Positions 37,240 to 50,489 of a stretch of 64,000 nucleotides of DNA are shown piece by piece. The DNA lies in NCBI RefSeq assembly GCF_963921235.1, contig NC_086097.1, positions 11,222,001-11,286,000 on the forward strand, written 5' to 3'. Position numbers and translations under genes: made by a program. How positions within the stretch are numbered: the stretch's first letter is position 1; the number at the start of each line of letters is the position of its first letter. Source of the DNA: Mobula hypostoma. Taxonomy: Eukaryota. The notes under the pieces are model-generated. The model saw nothing but the letters and a program-made list of their open reading frames with translations, did no database searches and was not told the origin of the DNA.

Positions 37240-37605
37240 TGTTATACAAAATTATGAGGGCTATAGATAGGATAAATGCAAGCAGGCTGTTTCCACTGAG
37301 GCAGGGTAGGACTACAACTAGAGGTCATGGGTTAAGGGTGAAAGGTGAGAAGTTTAAGGGGACAATGAGGAGAATTTCACTGAGAGGGTCAAGAGAGTGT
37401 GGAACGAGCTGCCAGTACAACTGGTGCATGTGAGCTCGATTTTAACATTTAAACAAAGCTTGGATAGGTATGTGGATGGTAGGGGTATGGCGGGCGATGG
37501 TCCTTGTGCAGGTCGATGGGAGTAGGCAGGTTAAAAGGTTTTGGCATGGACTAGATGGGCCAAAAGGTCTGTTTCTGTTCTGTACTCTTCTATGTCTCTA
37601 TGACT
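37240..37605 (+). mobile_element. CR1 3' fragment
   Basis: YKIMRAIDRINASRLFPLR...TRGHGLRVKGEKF. Confidence 0.85.
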
Positions 37606-38519
37606 CCATAAAATTAAGTTAGCAAACATTTTCCAGAAATTCAGTGATCCTATTTTTAAAGAGTTAATAGAAGATGAATTGTTAGGCACATGAAAAAACG
37701 TGCTAAACTATTTATCTTGATTTGGATCACAGGCACAGACATAACAATATAAGTTACTTCTGGTTTCCAGATTTAAACGCTTGCAATCAAGGTTCAAGAT
37801 TCAACATTGTTTAATGTCTGTCAATTCCAATACACAGGTATAAAGGAAAACAAAATAATTGTTACTCCAGAACTGATGCAACTTTAAAAAACACAATAAG
37901 ATAAAGAACATAATGATTAAAAGAACAATAAATGTAAGTACATATGATAGCTTATATACATAGATCGATTGTATGTCCACAAAGTTACGGTGGAATAGTG
38001 ACGCATTCGGACGCAACAGCCTCTTGGAAGCCAACCAAAGTTGTTTTTTTTTCTTTGTTAAATGTCTTTTTTTAAAACAATCGCAAGGCAATGCTGGACT
38101 CCAAGACGTTGGGGTACTGCAGGTCTATGCCATCAGCGAGCTGCTCATTGGTGAAGATGCTGGACTGGGTGAAAATCGTGTTGCTGCCTGCTACACGAAG
38201 GCATCAAAGGCATTGGAGTTGGTCTGCAAAGGTGGCGTGCAGTGTAACCGTGGGTAATTGTCTTGGATGTTTCCCTTGCAATTGCAAGACCCTACTTGAC
38301 ATCGATAATGCAAGATGATGCAGGCCTGACAGATAGATGGTGGTGGAACTGGTTATAGCAAGGACTCAGCCTCAAACTATGAGCTTGCCTGCTGCTACAG
38401 TTCAGGAGAGGAGACCCTGGAAGTGGTGGGGACTGGCCTCTCCCATCAGTGCTGCCCTCCAGTGTTCAATCAATTGAATGACAGGCTGGATTGTGTACAC
38501 ACTTTCGTCTGCATATTGC

Positions 38520-38778
38520 TTTTTGGAATCAATAGTCCTTGCCTGGTGTCTTTGGGCTGGGAATGTCTGCACCTGCACCGCCCCCACTCCTAGTATTCCT
38601 TTTCTGGCATCTATCCCAAACCCCTCCTGTGGCATTCCACTCCTGCTATTCCCAACGCACTTTGCTCCCACCCGATTTACAAATACACACTCCACTCCAC
38701 ATTGACAAATACGATACTGTGCAAAAGTCATAGGCACCCTAGCCATATATATGTGCCTAATACTTTTCCATATTACTG
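38520..38778 (-). mobile_element. Composite Tc1-like element, copy 3 (partial)
   Basis: Mini-palindrome at about 38712-38778 plus reverse-complemented cargo. Confidence 0.7.
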
Positions 38779-39659
38779 TAAACGTTTAGATTCAAACTCA
38801 TCCTCATGTATAGCCCAGTGAGAGAGTTCTAGAGATCAACATCTATAACAAGTTCTTAAGTAAATTGATTACTGTAGTTTTGATAACTTTGGTTCTGGTG
38901 TGGAGCCAACAAAGTTTGAACAGTTTCATTAAATAATTCAGTAGACCTGCTCCATTCTGGTTATTGGAGGTGAGGGAAAAAAAGGAAGAAGGTCAAAAAC
39001 AATGCAAATGCTGACTTTCTGAAATAAAAGCTGAAAACGGAAATTCTCAACAGGTCAGGCAGCATCTATGCAAAGAGAAACAGAGTTAACGTTGCAGGTT
39101 AAAGATCCTTCATCAGAACAGAAGATTGAACAAAGTTTGGTGTGGTGAAGGAGCCTAGCTCAATTCTATTGTGCAAGGTGATTGTGTCTTTGATGAGTCT
39201 CTTGGTAAGAGTCACAAGTCGCATGCATGCTGTAATGGACATGGCAATCCTGGGGGTAGACAAATTCGAAGATATTCTATAATCCCTCCTGGCTGACAAA
39301 GTCAACAACGTTTGCAAAGTTGGCAAAGAATATGTACAATAGTTAGCGCTTGAAGTACATCTCCTTGAACAGATGTTCTCACCACCTCAAGGGAATCACT
39401 GGTCCGCAACTGCTCAAAACAGCAAATGAACATATTGCAAGACCTTGTCCCTAACTAGTCTCTAAGGCAGGGCACATAAAAAAGTCGTGGATAAACAACT
39501 GAAGGGATAGATCATACCACATGACCCCCCAGCTCATCGCACCAATCACATTCTGCCCCACCTGTGATCTAGTTTGCAGATTCCACTTGGGACTTTTTGA
39601 TCACATCAGCAACAGAGCTGGAGTTTAGGTGAGTCATCTTCAGTACCGAGTGGAGGAGG

Positions 39660-41985
39660 AAACGCAAAGATAAGAAAGGTGCAATCGCTCTAAACAACAG
39701 GTTCCCTAATAGCCATCGGGACATTAAGATACAGATATGCAGACTGTTAATGGAAAGATGTGAAAAAAAAACACAGGGCTGATTTAACGGGCAATTTCAG
39801 CTTCCCAAATATAGACTGGGACTTCCCTAGTGCAAAGGGTTTAGATGGGGCAGAATTTGTTATGTGCATCCAGGAGTGTTTCCTAAATCAATATGAACAT
39901 TACTGTGCAAAAGCCTTAGACACATATATACAGCTAGGGTGCATAAGACTTTGCACGGTACTGTAGTAATTTTATGTATTGCACTGTACTGCTGCCACAA
40001 AACAAAACAAATTTCATGACGTGTTGATAAATCTGATTCTGATATGGGTCTCTAATGTGGATTGAGAGTGGGAAGGGTCAGGGAGAGGGGAATCATGGTT
40101 GGGAAAAGGGAAAGGGAGAGGGGAGGGAGCAGGAAACAGATACATTCTGTACTGATCAATAAACCAATTGTTTGGAATGAAATGCCTTTGCCTGGCATCT
40201 CAGGGCTGGGTGTGTCAGCACACTTGCCTCCCAATCCCTGGCATCCTTCTCTGCCACCTATCTCACATCACTCCTGCAGTGCTCTACCCTTCCATTCCCA
40301 ATAACTTCTGCTTCCACCAGATGTACAAACTCACTTTCTGCTCCACCTTGACAAATACAGTACTGTGCAGAAGTCTTGGACACCCTGGCTATATATATTT
40401 ACCTTAGACTTTTGCATAGTACTGCAGATAGTCCAACAAAAGGAAGGTCCTAGCTTTACCATTCAATATGAGAACAATTAGGGAACAGTGATGACAATTT
40501 GTCAAGTTTTAAGAAAGCTAAAGAAAAGGCTAAGTATGGACCTTGTGGGACAGTTTTAAAATGGAGCAGGGCAAATTACAAGAGTAATTGGTTGGAACGC
40601 AGGAGAGGTAATTGGGAACAGCTGTTTTTGGACAAGTCCACATCTCACCAACAGCACAAAGCAGAAGGCAGGCATGTTCCAGTCAGAAGGAAGTACAAGG
40701 ATGGCAAGGTAAGAGAACTCTGAATGTGGAAAGAGGTGGTGAATTTAGTCACTAACAGAAAGGGAATGTCTGTAAGATTTAGAAAGCTAAAATCAAACAG
40801 AGCCCTTGAGGATTATAAAGAAGCTAGAGAAGAATTGAAGAAGGTAATTAGGAAAGTCAGAAGGGGTGATGAAAAAATCCTTGGTAGGTAGGATTAAAGA
40901 GAGGCCCAAAACATTCTATACAAATATCAACAGAGAGAGGTTAACTAGGGAGCAGGTAGAACCACTTGTGGTTAAAGGATGGAATATGTGATTGGATATA
41001 AAAGATGTAGTGATGTGTATCTGTATTTACTGTGAAGGATAGGGAGATCAGTGCTAATTGGGTAGGGCATTTTGAGATATAGAAGGAGGTAGTGTAAGGT
41101 CCCTTAAAGATCATTAAGACCATAAAACCTAGGAGCAGAAGGCCATTTGGCCCATCATGTCTGCTCCACCATTCCATCATGGCTGAAGGTAGATGTCCCC
41201 AGAGCCTGATGGGATATATCAAATATTACTGAGAAGGCCAAGAGATGAGGTTGCTAGGGTCTTGACTAATATCGCTGTCCTCACTAGCCATTGGTGAGGT
41301 CCAGAAGCACTGGTGAGTAGCTAATGTTCTTCCATTAACCAAGAAGGGAAATATGGAAAATCCTGAAAACTATAGACTGGTGTGTCTCACGTCAGTGGTA
41401 GGGAAGTTACTGGAGAGTATTCATAGGAATAAGATTTATGAATACTTGAAAAACAATGGATTAATTACTAATGGCTTTATGTGGAGCAAGTCATGTCTTA
41501 CTGACTCGACTGAGGTCTTTGAGTTGATGAGGATGATTCATAAAGATTGCATCTGGAGTGTTGCATTCAGTTCTGGTCATCCCTTTCTAGGAAGGACGAT
41601 GAGGATTTGGAGAGGGTGAGGATGAGATATACCAGGATGCTGCTTGGATAAGAGGGCATGAGCTAAAAGAGGTTGGACAAATTTGGTTTGTTTTCACTGA
41701 AATGGTGGAGGATGAGGGGAGAACTGATAGAGGTTTATAAGATTATGAGAGACCTGGGAAGAGTAGACAGACAGCATATTTTTCCCGGGATTGAATGAGA
41801 GGAAGCAAGTTCAAACAAAGGAGATGGGTGGGCAAATTTTCATAATTACTGAGAGTTGTGGCTGTCTGGAAAGTGCTGCCTAGGTTGGTTGTGGAGACAG
41901 ATATGATGGAGGTACTAATTTAATTAGTTTGGCACAACATTGTGGGCTGAAGGGTGTGTTACTGTGCTATGTTCCAAGTTCTAAG
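39660..41985 (+). mobile_element. Old fragmented CR1 (endonuclease end to 3' UTR) with nested insertions
   Basis: GNFSFPNIDW, EFVMCIQECFLNQY and ENPENYRLVCLTSVVGKLLESI. Confidence 0.85.
39898..40424 (-). mobile_element. Composite Tc1-like element, copy 4 (complete), inserted in CR1
   Basis: Mini-palindromes at both ends. Removal restores CR1 FLNQY(V)DSPT, consistent with a decayed TA TSD. Confidence 0.8.
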
Positions 41986-43755
41986 AGAATGGAGGGGTAG
42001 GAGAAGGGGTAGGAGAAGGGGGAGAAGAAGTGGGGCCCAAATTGCTAATCTTGAAGAAAATCCAAATTTGAGTCAGGGACATGTATCCTTAGATTCAAGA
42101 TTGTTTAATGTCATTTCCAGTACACAACTGTAAAGGAGAATGAAATAATAGTTACTTTGGATCCAATGCAGCCCAAACAAAATAAAACACAATATATAAT
42201 TATAAATATGCAAGATAGCTTATTTACATAGGTTGATGCTAGGTACAGGAATGTTTGTATAGAAGGTGACTGACAAGAAGTGATAAAGTAGTGGTGATTG
42301 GGTGTGAGGACAATGAATTTTCAGTGGTTTCAATCAAATGATGATACGTTATATCTAAAGTCAACTTTGACTGCCCCAGACCTGGATTACAATAACTTTG
42401 CTCTATCACGTTAAGAAGAGCTCAGAAATCTTCACCATGCACAGGTATGGAATTTGGGAACGGGAAAGCATACAAAAGTTATCTCAATCATTAAGAATCA
42501 TTGGATTTTACAGCTGAATGTCATTGGAAATGAAAGCTCCAATTCAATATGATGTGCTTCAAAGTTTGCCAAGTGATGTGGCTTGTGCTTAGAGAAAAGG
42601 TAATCACTGAACTGTCCAGCACCTTGTGTAATGTTAGACTGCTTGCTGCATGAACTGTTATATAAACACTCCACTGATCAAACAGTACTTAAATACTGGT
42701 TAACAGTATCTTTCTAGATCTGTACAGAAATAATTTTGTCTGACTAATTAAACTATTGTAAAGCAAAGCTGGCTTTTCCTTTTATTTTGATCTCAGGAAT
42801 TCACCTGGGGCTCCCTTTATTGGGCCAGCTTGTTGCTTAACTGCTGGTAATATCCCAGCAGTCTTTGGGGAGGGCTACAAATCTAATTGTTCAGAGTTTA
42901 GGTTGCTTGGCAACTGCAAGTGGAGAACTGTAATTACTTAAATTCAATAAGTCCCTTTTTTTTGTTTAACAGAGAGGACAGTGGTGGTCGGTTTGTGCGT
43001 TCATTAAGACGTAGGGTACAGCTGCAAAAAACCACGGCAAATGAAAACGTGTGTAATAATAGCACTGGGATATAGCCTCTGCGGAGGACTGTATACAGCT
43101 GAAAAGAAAAGAGAGGACAGGACAGATTCTGCAGGCAAACATTTAGCAACCTCAGTTGACATAATAAGGTGTGTGGTTGTGCTTGTAATATAGTTAACAT
43201 AATAAGAGATTGCAATATGTCCCAACAGATTAAACAGAAACTGCTGTGAGCATAGGACGTGTGCTGCATTTTTCTGCCAAGCAGAACAGAGCAGAATTCT
43301 GTTTTCATTCCTCCTTTTGAATCCTTTTCTGAGGCAGGACACACAAAAGCCATGCATAAACAGCTGACGGGATAGAACATACCTAACGTCCCACCAGCCT
43401 CCTGCCCCTCCACCTGTGACCTTGTCTGTGGACTCCACTTAGGACTTTTCAGTCACAACAGAAACACTGAGCCGGAGTTTAAGTGAGTCATCTTCAGCAC
43501 CGAGTAGATGAGGAAACTTAAAAATAAGAATGGTGCAATTACTTTGATGGGATTACACAGCAGACCACCGATAGAGCTACCGGGACACAGAGGACCAGAT
43601 ATGTAGTCAGATTAGGGGAAAGCTGTAATAACAGCAGGGGAGTTATCGTGGGTAACAAGAAGCATTTTCAGGTGAGGCTGGTGGGAGGATATAGCTTGTT
43701 CCCAGTCTTTTCCTTTTCGTGCCGAGTGAGATGATGAGTCTTCGAAGTACTTTTT

Positions 43756-46538
43756 ACATAAGAACATAAGAAATAGGAGCAGGACTAGGCCATCCGGCCC
43801 ATCGAGCCTACCCCGCCATTCAATAAGATCATGGCTGATCTGTCCGTAAACTCAGCTCCATCTACCTGCCTTTTCAAAATAACCCTTAATTCCCCTACAA
43901 TGTGAAAACCTATCAAACTGTATCTTAGATATATTTAGTGAAGAAGCCCCAACTGCTTCTCTGGGCAAAGAACTCCAAAGATTCACCACACTCTGGGGAA
44001 AAATAGTTTCTCCTCATCTCTGTCCTAAATCTTCTCCCATGGATGTTGAGGCAATGTCCCCTAGTTCTAGTCTCACCTACCAATGGAAACAACTTTCCTA
44101 CTTCTATCTTATCTATCCCTTTCAAAATTTTGTATGTTTCTATAAGATCCGCTCTCATCCTTCTGAATTCCAGAGAGTATAGTTCCAGGTAACTCAATCT
44201 CTCCTCATAGGTTAACCTGTTCATCCCTGGAATCAACCTGGTGAAACTCCTCTGCACTGCCTCCAAAGCCAGTATATCCTTCCTCAAGTATGGAGACCAG
44301 AACTGTATACAGTACTCCAGGTGCAGTCTCACCAGTACCCTGTATAGTTGCAGCATGACCTCCTGCTCTTGAATTCAATCCCTCTAGCAATGAGGGCCAA
44401 CATTCCGTTTGCCTTCTTAATAACCTGTTGTACCTGCAAGCCGACTTTTTGCGATTCTTGCACAAGCACTCCCAAGTCCCTCTGCACAACAGCATGCTGC
44501 AATCTTTCACCATTTAAATAATAATCTGCTCTTCTATTATTCCTTCCAAAGTGGATGATCTCACATTTACCAACGTTGGATTCCATCTGCCAGACCTTGG
44601 CCCACTCACTGAACCTATCTATATCCCCTGCAGACTCTCCACATCCTCTATACAATTTGCTTTTCCACTCAGTTTAGTGTCATCGGCAAATTTTACTATG
44701 CTACACTCAGTCCCCTCTTCCAAATCATCAATGTAAATGGTAAACAGTGGCGGGCCCAGCACCGACCCCTACGGCACCCGACTCACCACTGACTGCCAAC
44801 CTGAGAAACACCCATTTATACAACTCTCTGCCTTCTATTGGTTAACCAATCCACTATCCATGTCAATACACTTCCTCTAACTCCATGTATCTGTATCTTA
44901 TTTATAAGTCTCTTGTGCGGCACCTTATCGAATGCCTTCTGGAAATTCAAGTATACGACATCCACCTGTTCCTCTCTATCCACTGCACTCATTGTCCTCA
45001 AAGAACTCCAGTAAGTTTGTCAAACAGGACCTGCCCCTTCTGAATCCATGCTGTATCTGTCTAATGGAACCACTCTTCTCTAAATGTTTCATTATTTCTT
45101 CCTTAATGACAAGTTCAAGCATTTTCCTGACTACAGATGTTAAGCTATCTGGCCTATAGTTGCCCGTCTTTTGACTACATCCTTTTTCAAAAAGTGACGT
45201 GACATTTGCTGTCTTCCAATCCGCCAAGACCTGCCCAGAATCTAGAGAATTTTGGTAAATGATTATCAACGCATCTACTATAACCTCTGCCAATTCCTTC
45301 AGCACCCTGGGATGCATCCCATCTACCTTCAGGCCCTCTAGTTTGCTCATCACTATCTCTTTAGTGACAGTGATTTTATCGAGGCCCTCACCTCCCATTT
45401 CGTCCATAACATCATTCTTTGGCCTATTAGATGTTTCCTCCACCATGAAGACCGACACAAAATAGTTGTTCAATGCCTCAGCCATTTCCTTATCATCCAA
45501 TATCAATTTCCCCTTCTCGTCTTCCAAGGGACCTACATTGACTTTAGCCATCCTCTTCCGCTTTATATATTTATAAAAACTTTTGCTATCTGTTTTTATA
45601 TTTTGTGCTAGTTTACTTTCATACTCCATCTTCCCTTTCCTTATTTCTTGTTTAGTTGTTCTTTGTTGCTTTTTAAAGTCTTCCCAATCCTCCAGTCTCC
45701 CACTACTATTTGTGACTTTGTACGCGAGATTTTAATTTGATACTATCTTTTATTTCCTAAGTTATTCATGGATGGCTCTCCCCACACTGTGTACATACAT
45801 CTACTGATGCTTCTGGACACATCTTCAGTGATGTTCCTGGAATCATATGGTGTTTCGGGTCTTTCAACATCATACACCCTCCTCCAGGTGACCCAGCCAG
45901 GGCTGATCAGACCCCAGCTTGTGTCCAGATGGCTAGCTACTTATGACTCCATGGCTCCCCTCTTTTGAGCCACAGCCATCTTGAGGCGTTCTCTGCCGCA
46001 TCGGTGGTACTGCAGATGGCTCTCCTCTCCTCTCTCCCTCTGCCCAAATTGCTGAAGGCTCTAACTAAGGAACGGGCTGCGAATCCCCTACAACCAACCT
46101 CCACTGGGAGACACCTCGCTCTCCATCCAGCCTGCTGACAGTTGCTGACCAGTCCTGCGTACTTGGAGAGCTTCTTTTCAACGGCCTCTTCCAAGCTACC
46201 ATGGATGGCTCTCCCCACACTTAATGTCCTTATTTTTAACTGGAATATACTTTTGTTGAACCCTGTGAAAAATCTCTTTGAAAGTATTCCACTGTTCCTC
46301 AACTGTCCTACCAAATAGCTTATGTTCCCAATCCACATTAGCCAACTCCTCCCTCATCCTGTTGTAGTCTCCCTTGTTCAAGCATAATACACTAGTTTTA
46401 GATCATCCTCCCATTTGTATGCGAAATTCAGTCATACTATGATCACTCTTTCCAAGAGGATCCCTAACTACAAGATCGCTAATCTTGCCTGTCTCATTGC
46501 ACAGGACTAGATCTAAGTTAGCATTTTCCCTTGTAGGT
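43756..46538 (-). mobile_element. 5'-truncated CR1 LINE with several frameshifts
   Basis: (TTCTTATG)n tail. Consecutive ORFs carry PTRENANLDLVLCNE, QHGFRRGRSCLTNLLEFF, YLNFQKAFDKV, KFADD and HLEYCIQFWSP. Confidence 0.95.
45789..46199 (-). mobile_element. Restriction-like-endonuclease non-LTR element (HERO/NeSL-like), 3' fragment
   Basis: EKKLSKYAGLVSNCQQAGWRARCLPVEVGCRGF...AENASRWLWLKR. 22-bp TSD catggatggctctccccacact at 45767-45788 and 46200-46221. Confidence 0.85.
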
Positions 46539-46635
46539 ATATTCTTAAAATGAGTTGGCTTTATGGTGCCTTTCCTGCCATACACTTCGGAATGCTCCAT
46601 TTCTTTAGTAATGGGGTGTGTAAATGTATATATGT

Positions 46636-47476
46636 TGTCATGTGTGAAGCCAAGCAGAGCTGCAGAACGGATGATGTTAATGAGATGAGGAGAGACAACG
46701 GAGAGCCATTCAAAATGCGAATAAAAGAGAAGAGAGAGATAACGAGAGCGAGACACATAATTCAGATGTTGGCGTCTGCCACAGACAGTTTGCTTTGAAC
46801 CTGAACTGTTCAATAACAATCCTGCTGAGACAATAGGAAGTGTGAAGTTTGATGGACAGGTGATACCCCATCAGGGGGATAAAAATAGCAAGTTTGCTAA
46901 GGCACGAGACACACGCCACGAGACCCTGGAAGGAGCATTGTGCCCCACAAGCTGGTGGGAGTTTGGAAGACCGATTCGCGCGAATCGGTCAGAGGCTCAC
47001 AGGGTGTAAAGGTACGACCAGTGGGGACCTGTTGTGTGTCCGCCCTTGCCTGGGTGCCGGGTTCACCACCGAAGAACGGTCGCATCCGGAACGGAGGGGT
47101 CACAGTCGGTGACCACAGCGGGATCAGAAGGCATCGAAAGGTTTGCCTGAAACCTCAACTGTATCTCTCACTCTCTCTCCAACGGTACAACAACAGCAAT
47201 TACTTCGAACCACACTAGACTGAACTGAACTCTGCTTCACCTTAAGACTGATCATTTTACCCCTAGACTGCGATAGAGCTTCGTTGATTCCTATTACCCT
47301 ATTTCTGTGTATGTGTGTACATGGTCATTGCTAACCTGTTACATTTATATCCTTGCGGTTAGTGTACTGTATTACTTATTTTTGTTAATAAAACTTTATT
47401 AGTTGCTAGTAATCACAGACTCCAACGAGTGTTCCATTTCTGCTGGTTTGACAACCCAGTTACGGGGTACGTAACA
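46636..47476 (+). mobile_element. Solo LTR (Gypsy-like), 841 bp, related to 26916-27752
   Basis: TGTCATG...CGTAACA termini, TSD atgt, and the shared 3' end ccatttctgctggtttg.caacccagttacggggtacgtaaca. Confidence 0.9.
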
Positions 47477-48124
47477 ATGTTGTTTGTATACTGTACTTAA
47501 GGCAGATACTTCAGTTTATTTTGTAATACGATTATAGCTATGTTGTGAGGTGCATCATATTCTAATTCCTGTGCAGTCTTCAGTTAATTTTGAGGGTACG
47601 CCCTGGTGCCTGGTGGGTGGGGCTCATCGCTCTTGGTTGCAGAGAGAGAAAATGGAGCCACTCGAGTTCACATTGGACAAAATAGTTCAGAGCTGTTGTT
47701 GTGCTTTCTGGTAAGTAGCATTTTGTAAATATTGGCAGATTTCTTCTCAATATTTTCGCTAAGTTTTGGAAGTTTGAATGTTTGACGCACTTAATAAACA
47801 TAATTGCACGATAGTTCTAAGCAACACCAGTCATTCTTTGGCCATAACCCACGTATAGTAACATTGGTGCAGGGTTTTGACCTAAAATGTGAACAATTTC
47901 TTTCCTGCCAGCAAGGTTAATAGGGATTTGGGCCAAATGTATGCAAGTGGGACTGGCTCAGGTTGGCATGGAGAATCTGAGTTGGCATTTTCTGTACTAT
48001 ATAACTATCACACTAAACCAGGAATCCAACACCAAAGACAGAAATTCCTCACAAACTCCTTGCATATTTATGATAATGCACAGAAATCACACATTTGTGC
48101 ATTTCAATATGCCACCTACATCAC

Positions 48125-49553
48125 TGAGACCCCAAGGATTTGGAAATGCATTGCAGTGGATGCTTATAATCTCTCCTTCTCCCAGTGTAGAGTGCTCTCC
48201 TACTTCAAAACATCCACCATTGTTCCAGTATCTAAAAAGACCAAGGTAACATGTCTGAATGACTGGTGTCCTGTTGCAATCACCTCAATAATAAGCAAAT
48301 GCTTTGAGATGCTGGTCAAGGATTACATCTACAGCATGCTGCCACCCACACTGGACCCCTACAATTCACCTACCGACACAACCGATTGACAGATGACGCA
48401 ATAGCCACTGCTCTACGTACCGTCCTTACGCATTTGGAGAAAGGGGATGCTATGTGATAATGCTGTTCTTGGACTACAGTTCAGCATTCAACACCATAAT
48501 TCCCTCCAGGCTCGACAAGAAGCTCGGAGACTTTGGCCTTCAGCCTGCCTTGTGTAGCTGGATCCTGGACTTCCTGCCAGCAGGTAGTAAGATTGGGCTC
48601 CTTCACCTCTGCCCCTCTGACCCTCAATACAGATGCCCCTCTGGTCTGTGTACTGCGCCCTCTCCTTCACTCTCCGTATATCCACAACTGTGTCGCCACC
48701 CAAAGTTCCAATCTGCTAATTAAATTTGCTGACGACACTACACTGATTGGTCAAATCTCAAATAATAATGAGGCAGCCTACAGAGAAGAAGTCATCACCC
48801 TGACACAGTGGTGTCAAGAAAACAATCTCTCCCTCAATGTTGCAAAAACAAAGGAGCTGATTGTGGACGACAGGAGGAATGGAGACAGGCTAACCCTACT
48901 GACATCAATGGATCTGGGGTTGAGAGGGTAAACAGCTTTATGTTCCTGGCATAACCATCGTTGAGGATCTCACATGGTTTGTACCTGCCGGCTGTGTGGT
49001 GGAAAAGGCATAACAGTGCCTTTTTCACCTCAGATGGTTGAAGAAGTTTGGTATGGGCCCCCAATCTCTTTCTATCGGGGCACGACTGAGAGCATCCTGA
49101 CTGGCTGCATCACTGCCTGCTATGGGAACTGTACTTCCCTCAATAGCAGGTCTCTGCAGAGAGTGGTGTGGACAGCCCAGCACATCTGTAGATGTAAACT
49201 TCCCACTATTTAGGACACTTACAAAGACAGGTGTGTAAAAAGGGCCCGAAGGTTCATTGGGGACCCGAGTCACCCCAACCACAAACTGTTCCAGCTGCTA
49301 CCATCCGGGAAACGGTACCGCAGCATAAAAGCCAGGACCAACAGGCTCCGGGACAGCTTCTTCCACCAGGCCATCAGACTGATTAATTCATGCTGATGCA
49401 ACTGTATTTCTATGTTATATTGACTATCCTGTTGTACATAATATGTACTATAAATTACTATAAATTGCACATTTAACATTTAGATGGAGACGTAACGTAA
49501 AGATTTTTACTCCACATGTATATGAAGGATGAAAGTAATAAAGTCAATTCAAT
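48125..49553 (+). mobile_element. Rex1/Babar LINE, 5'-truncated, frameshifted
   Basis: FKTSTIVPVSKKTKVTCLNDWCPVAITS, LFLDYSSAFNTI, IKFADDTTLIG and FQLLPSGKRYRSI; tail aataaagtcaattcaatt. Confidence 0.92.
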
Positions 49554-49889
49554 TTACATTAATGTCTCAGTTCATTTTAATGTTAAAAAATATATAAATA
49601 AAGTCACCAGTTTTTGCTGTGTTGCTACAATATAGTCCTTTATAATTCTGTAGAGAAATATTCCAGTTTAAAGCCAAAGCTGAGTTTTAGACCTTCACAT
49701 GTATTGACTGTAAGCAGGAGGTGAGAGAACCCCAGACTACAGATTGACATGTTTCAGCTTCCAAATGGAAAAATACTGAAAAATATCAATTGTAAATAAC
49801 AAGCCAACAATTGTACAGCACAGACTTTGTTTTCTGTTCAGAATATTATTTGTAAAATTATTCTGATGTATGAAAAGACCTCCAAGAGG

Positions 49890-50290
49890 ACCACAACCTT
49901 GCCTTGGGTCTGGAGGCTTGCGTGCTTCAATGACCCAGAGAGATATGTTGGCTGGAGTGACAGGCTCTTCACAGGGTCACCCATTCCAAACAGATCAAAG
50001 GGTAGATGCCAGGCGAATAGTGGTCCACCTTTCCTCCCGGTTCTGGGATTCAGCTCAGGGCTAACAACCCTGATTAATAAAACAAAACTGTTATGGAAAC
50101 AGTGATGAAGAATCCTTCTATATCTGAGTGCGATGGTATTCCTGAGTCTCCACCCAGGGCCTGTGTGACTGACAGTAGTGGAAAGCGAGAGAAAGCTACT
50201 GACATGATGAAGAAAGCCCTGAACACCGCCAGAGATGGGGGACCTTCTTTGCCCGTTACGCCACTGGCATTTAGGGCAGCAATGAAGAAG
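49890..50290 (+). mobile_element. RTE-derived non-autonomous element with an inverted terminal 36 bp
   Basis: Homologous to the reverse complement of 24610-25020. Confidence 0.7.
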
Positions 50291-50489
50291 TAGTTTGAAA
50301 AGAGCAGTTGAAGTACTTTAGAGGAAAGGGAAAGCAAGCTTATGAAGTATAAATGATAGAAGATACAGTAGAACAGTGCAGCACAGTATAGGCCCTTTGG
50401 CCCACAATGTTCTGCCGACCTATACAAACCTCCTCCACCATCAATCTAGTTCTTCTCTCCTGCACAGCTCATAACCCTCCATTTATCCT

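Noticed and set aside
47652..47710. TLDKIVQSCCCAF resembles the RASGRP N-terminal REM motif
   Set aside because: The match is very short, the splice phase does not fit what I recall, and no other RASGRP exons are visible.
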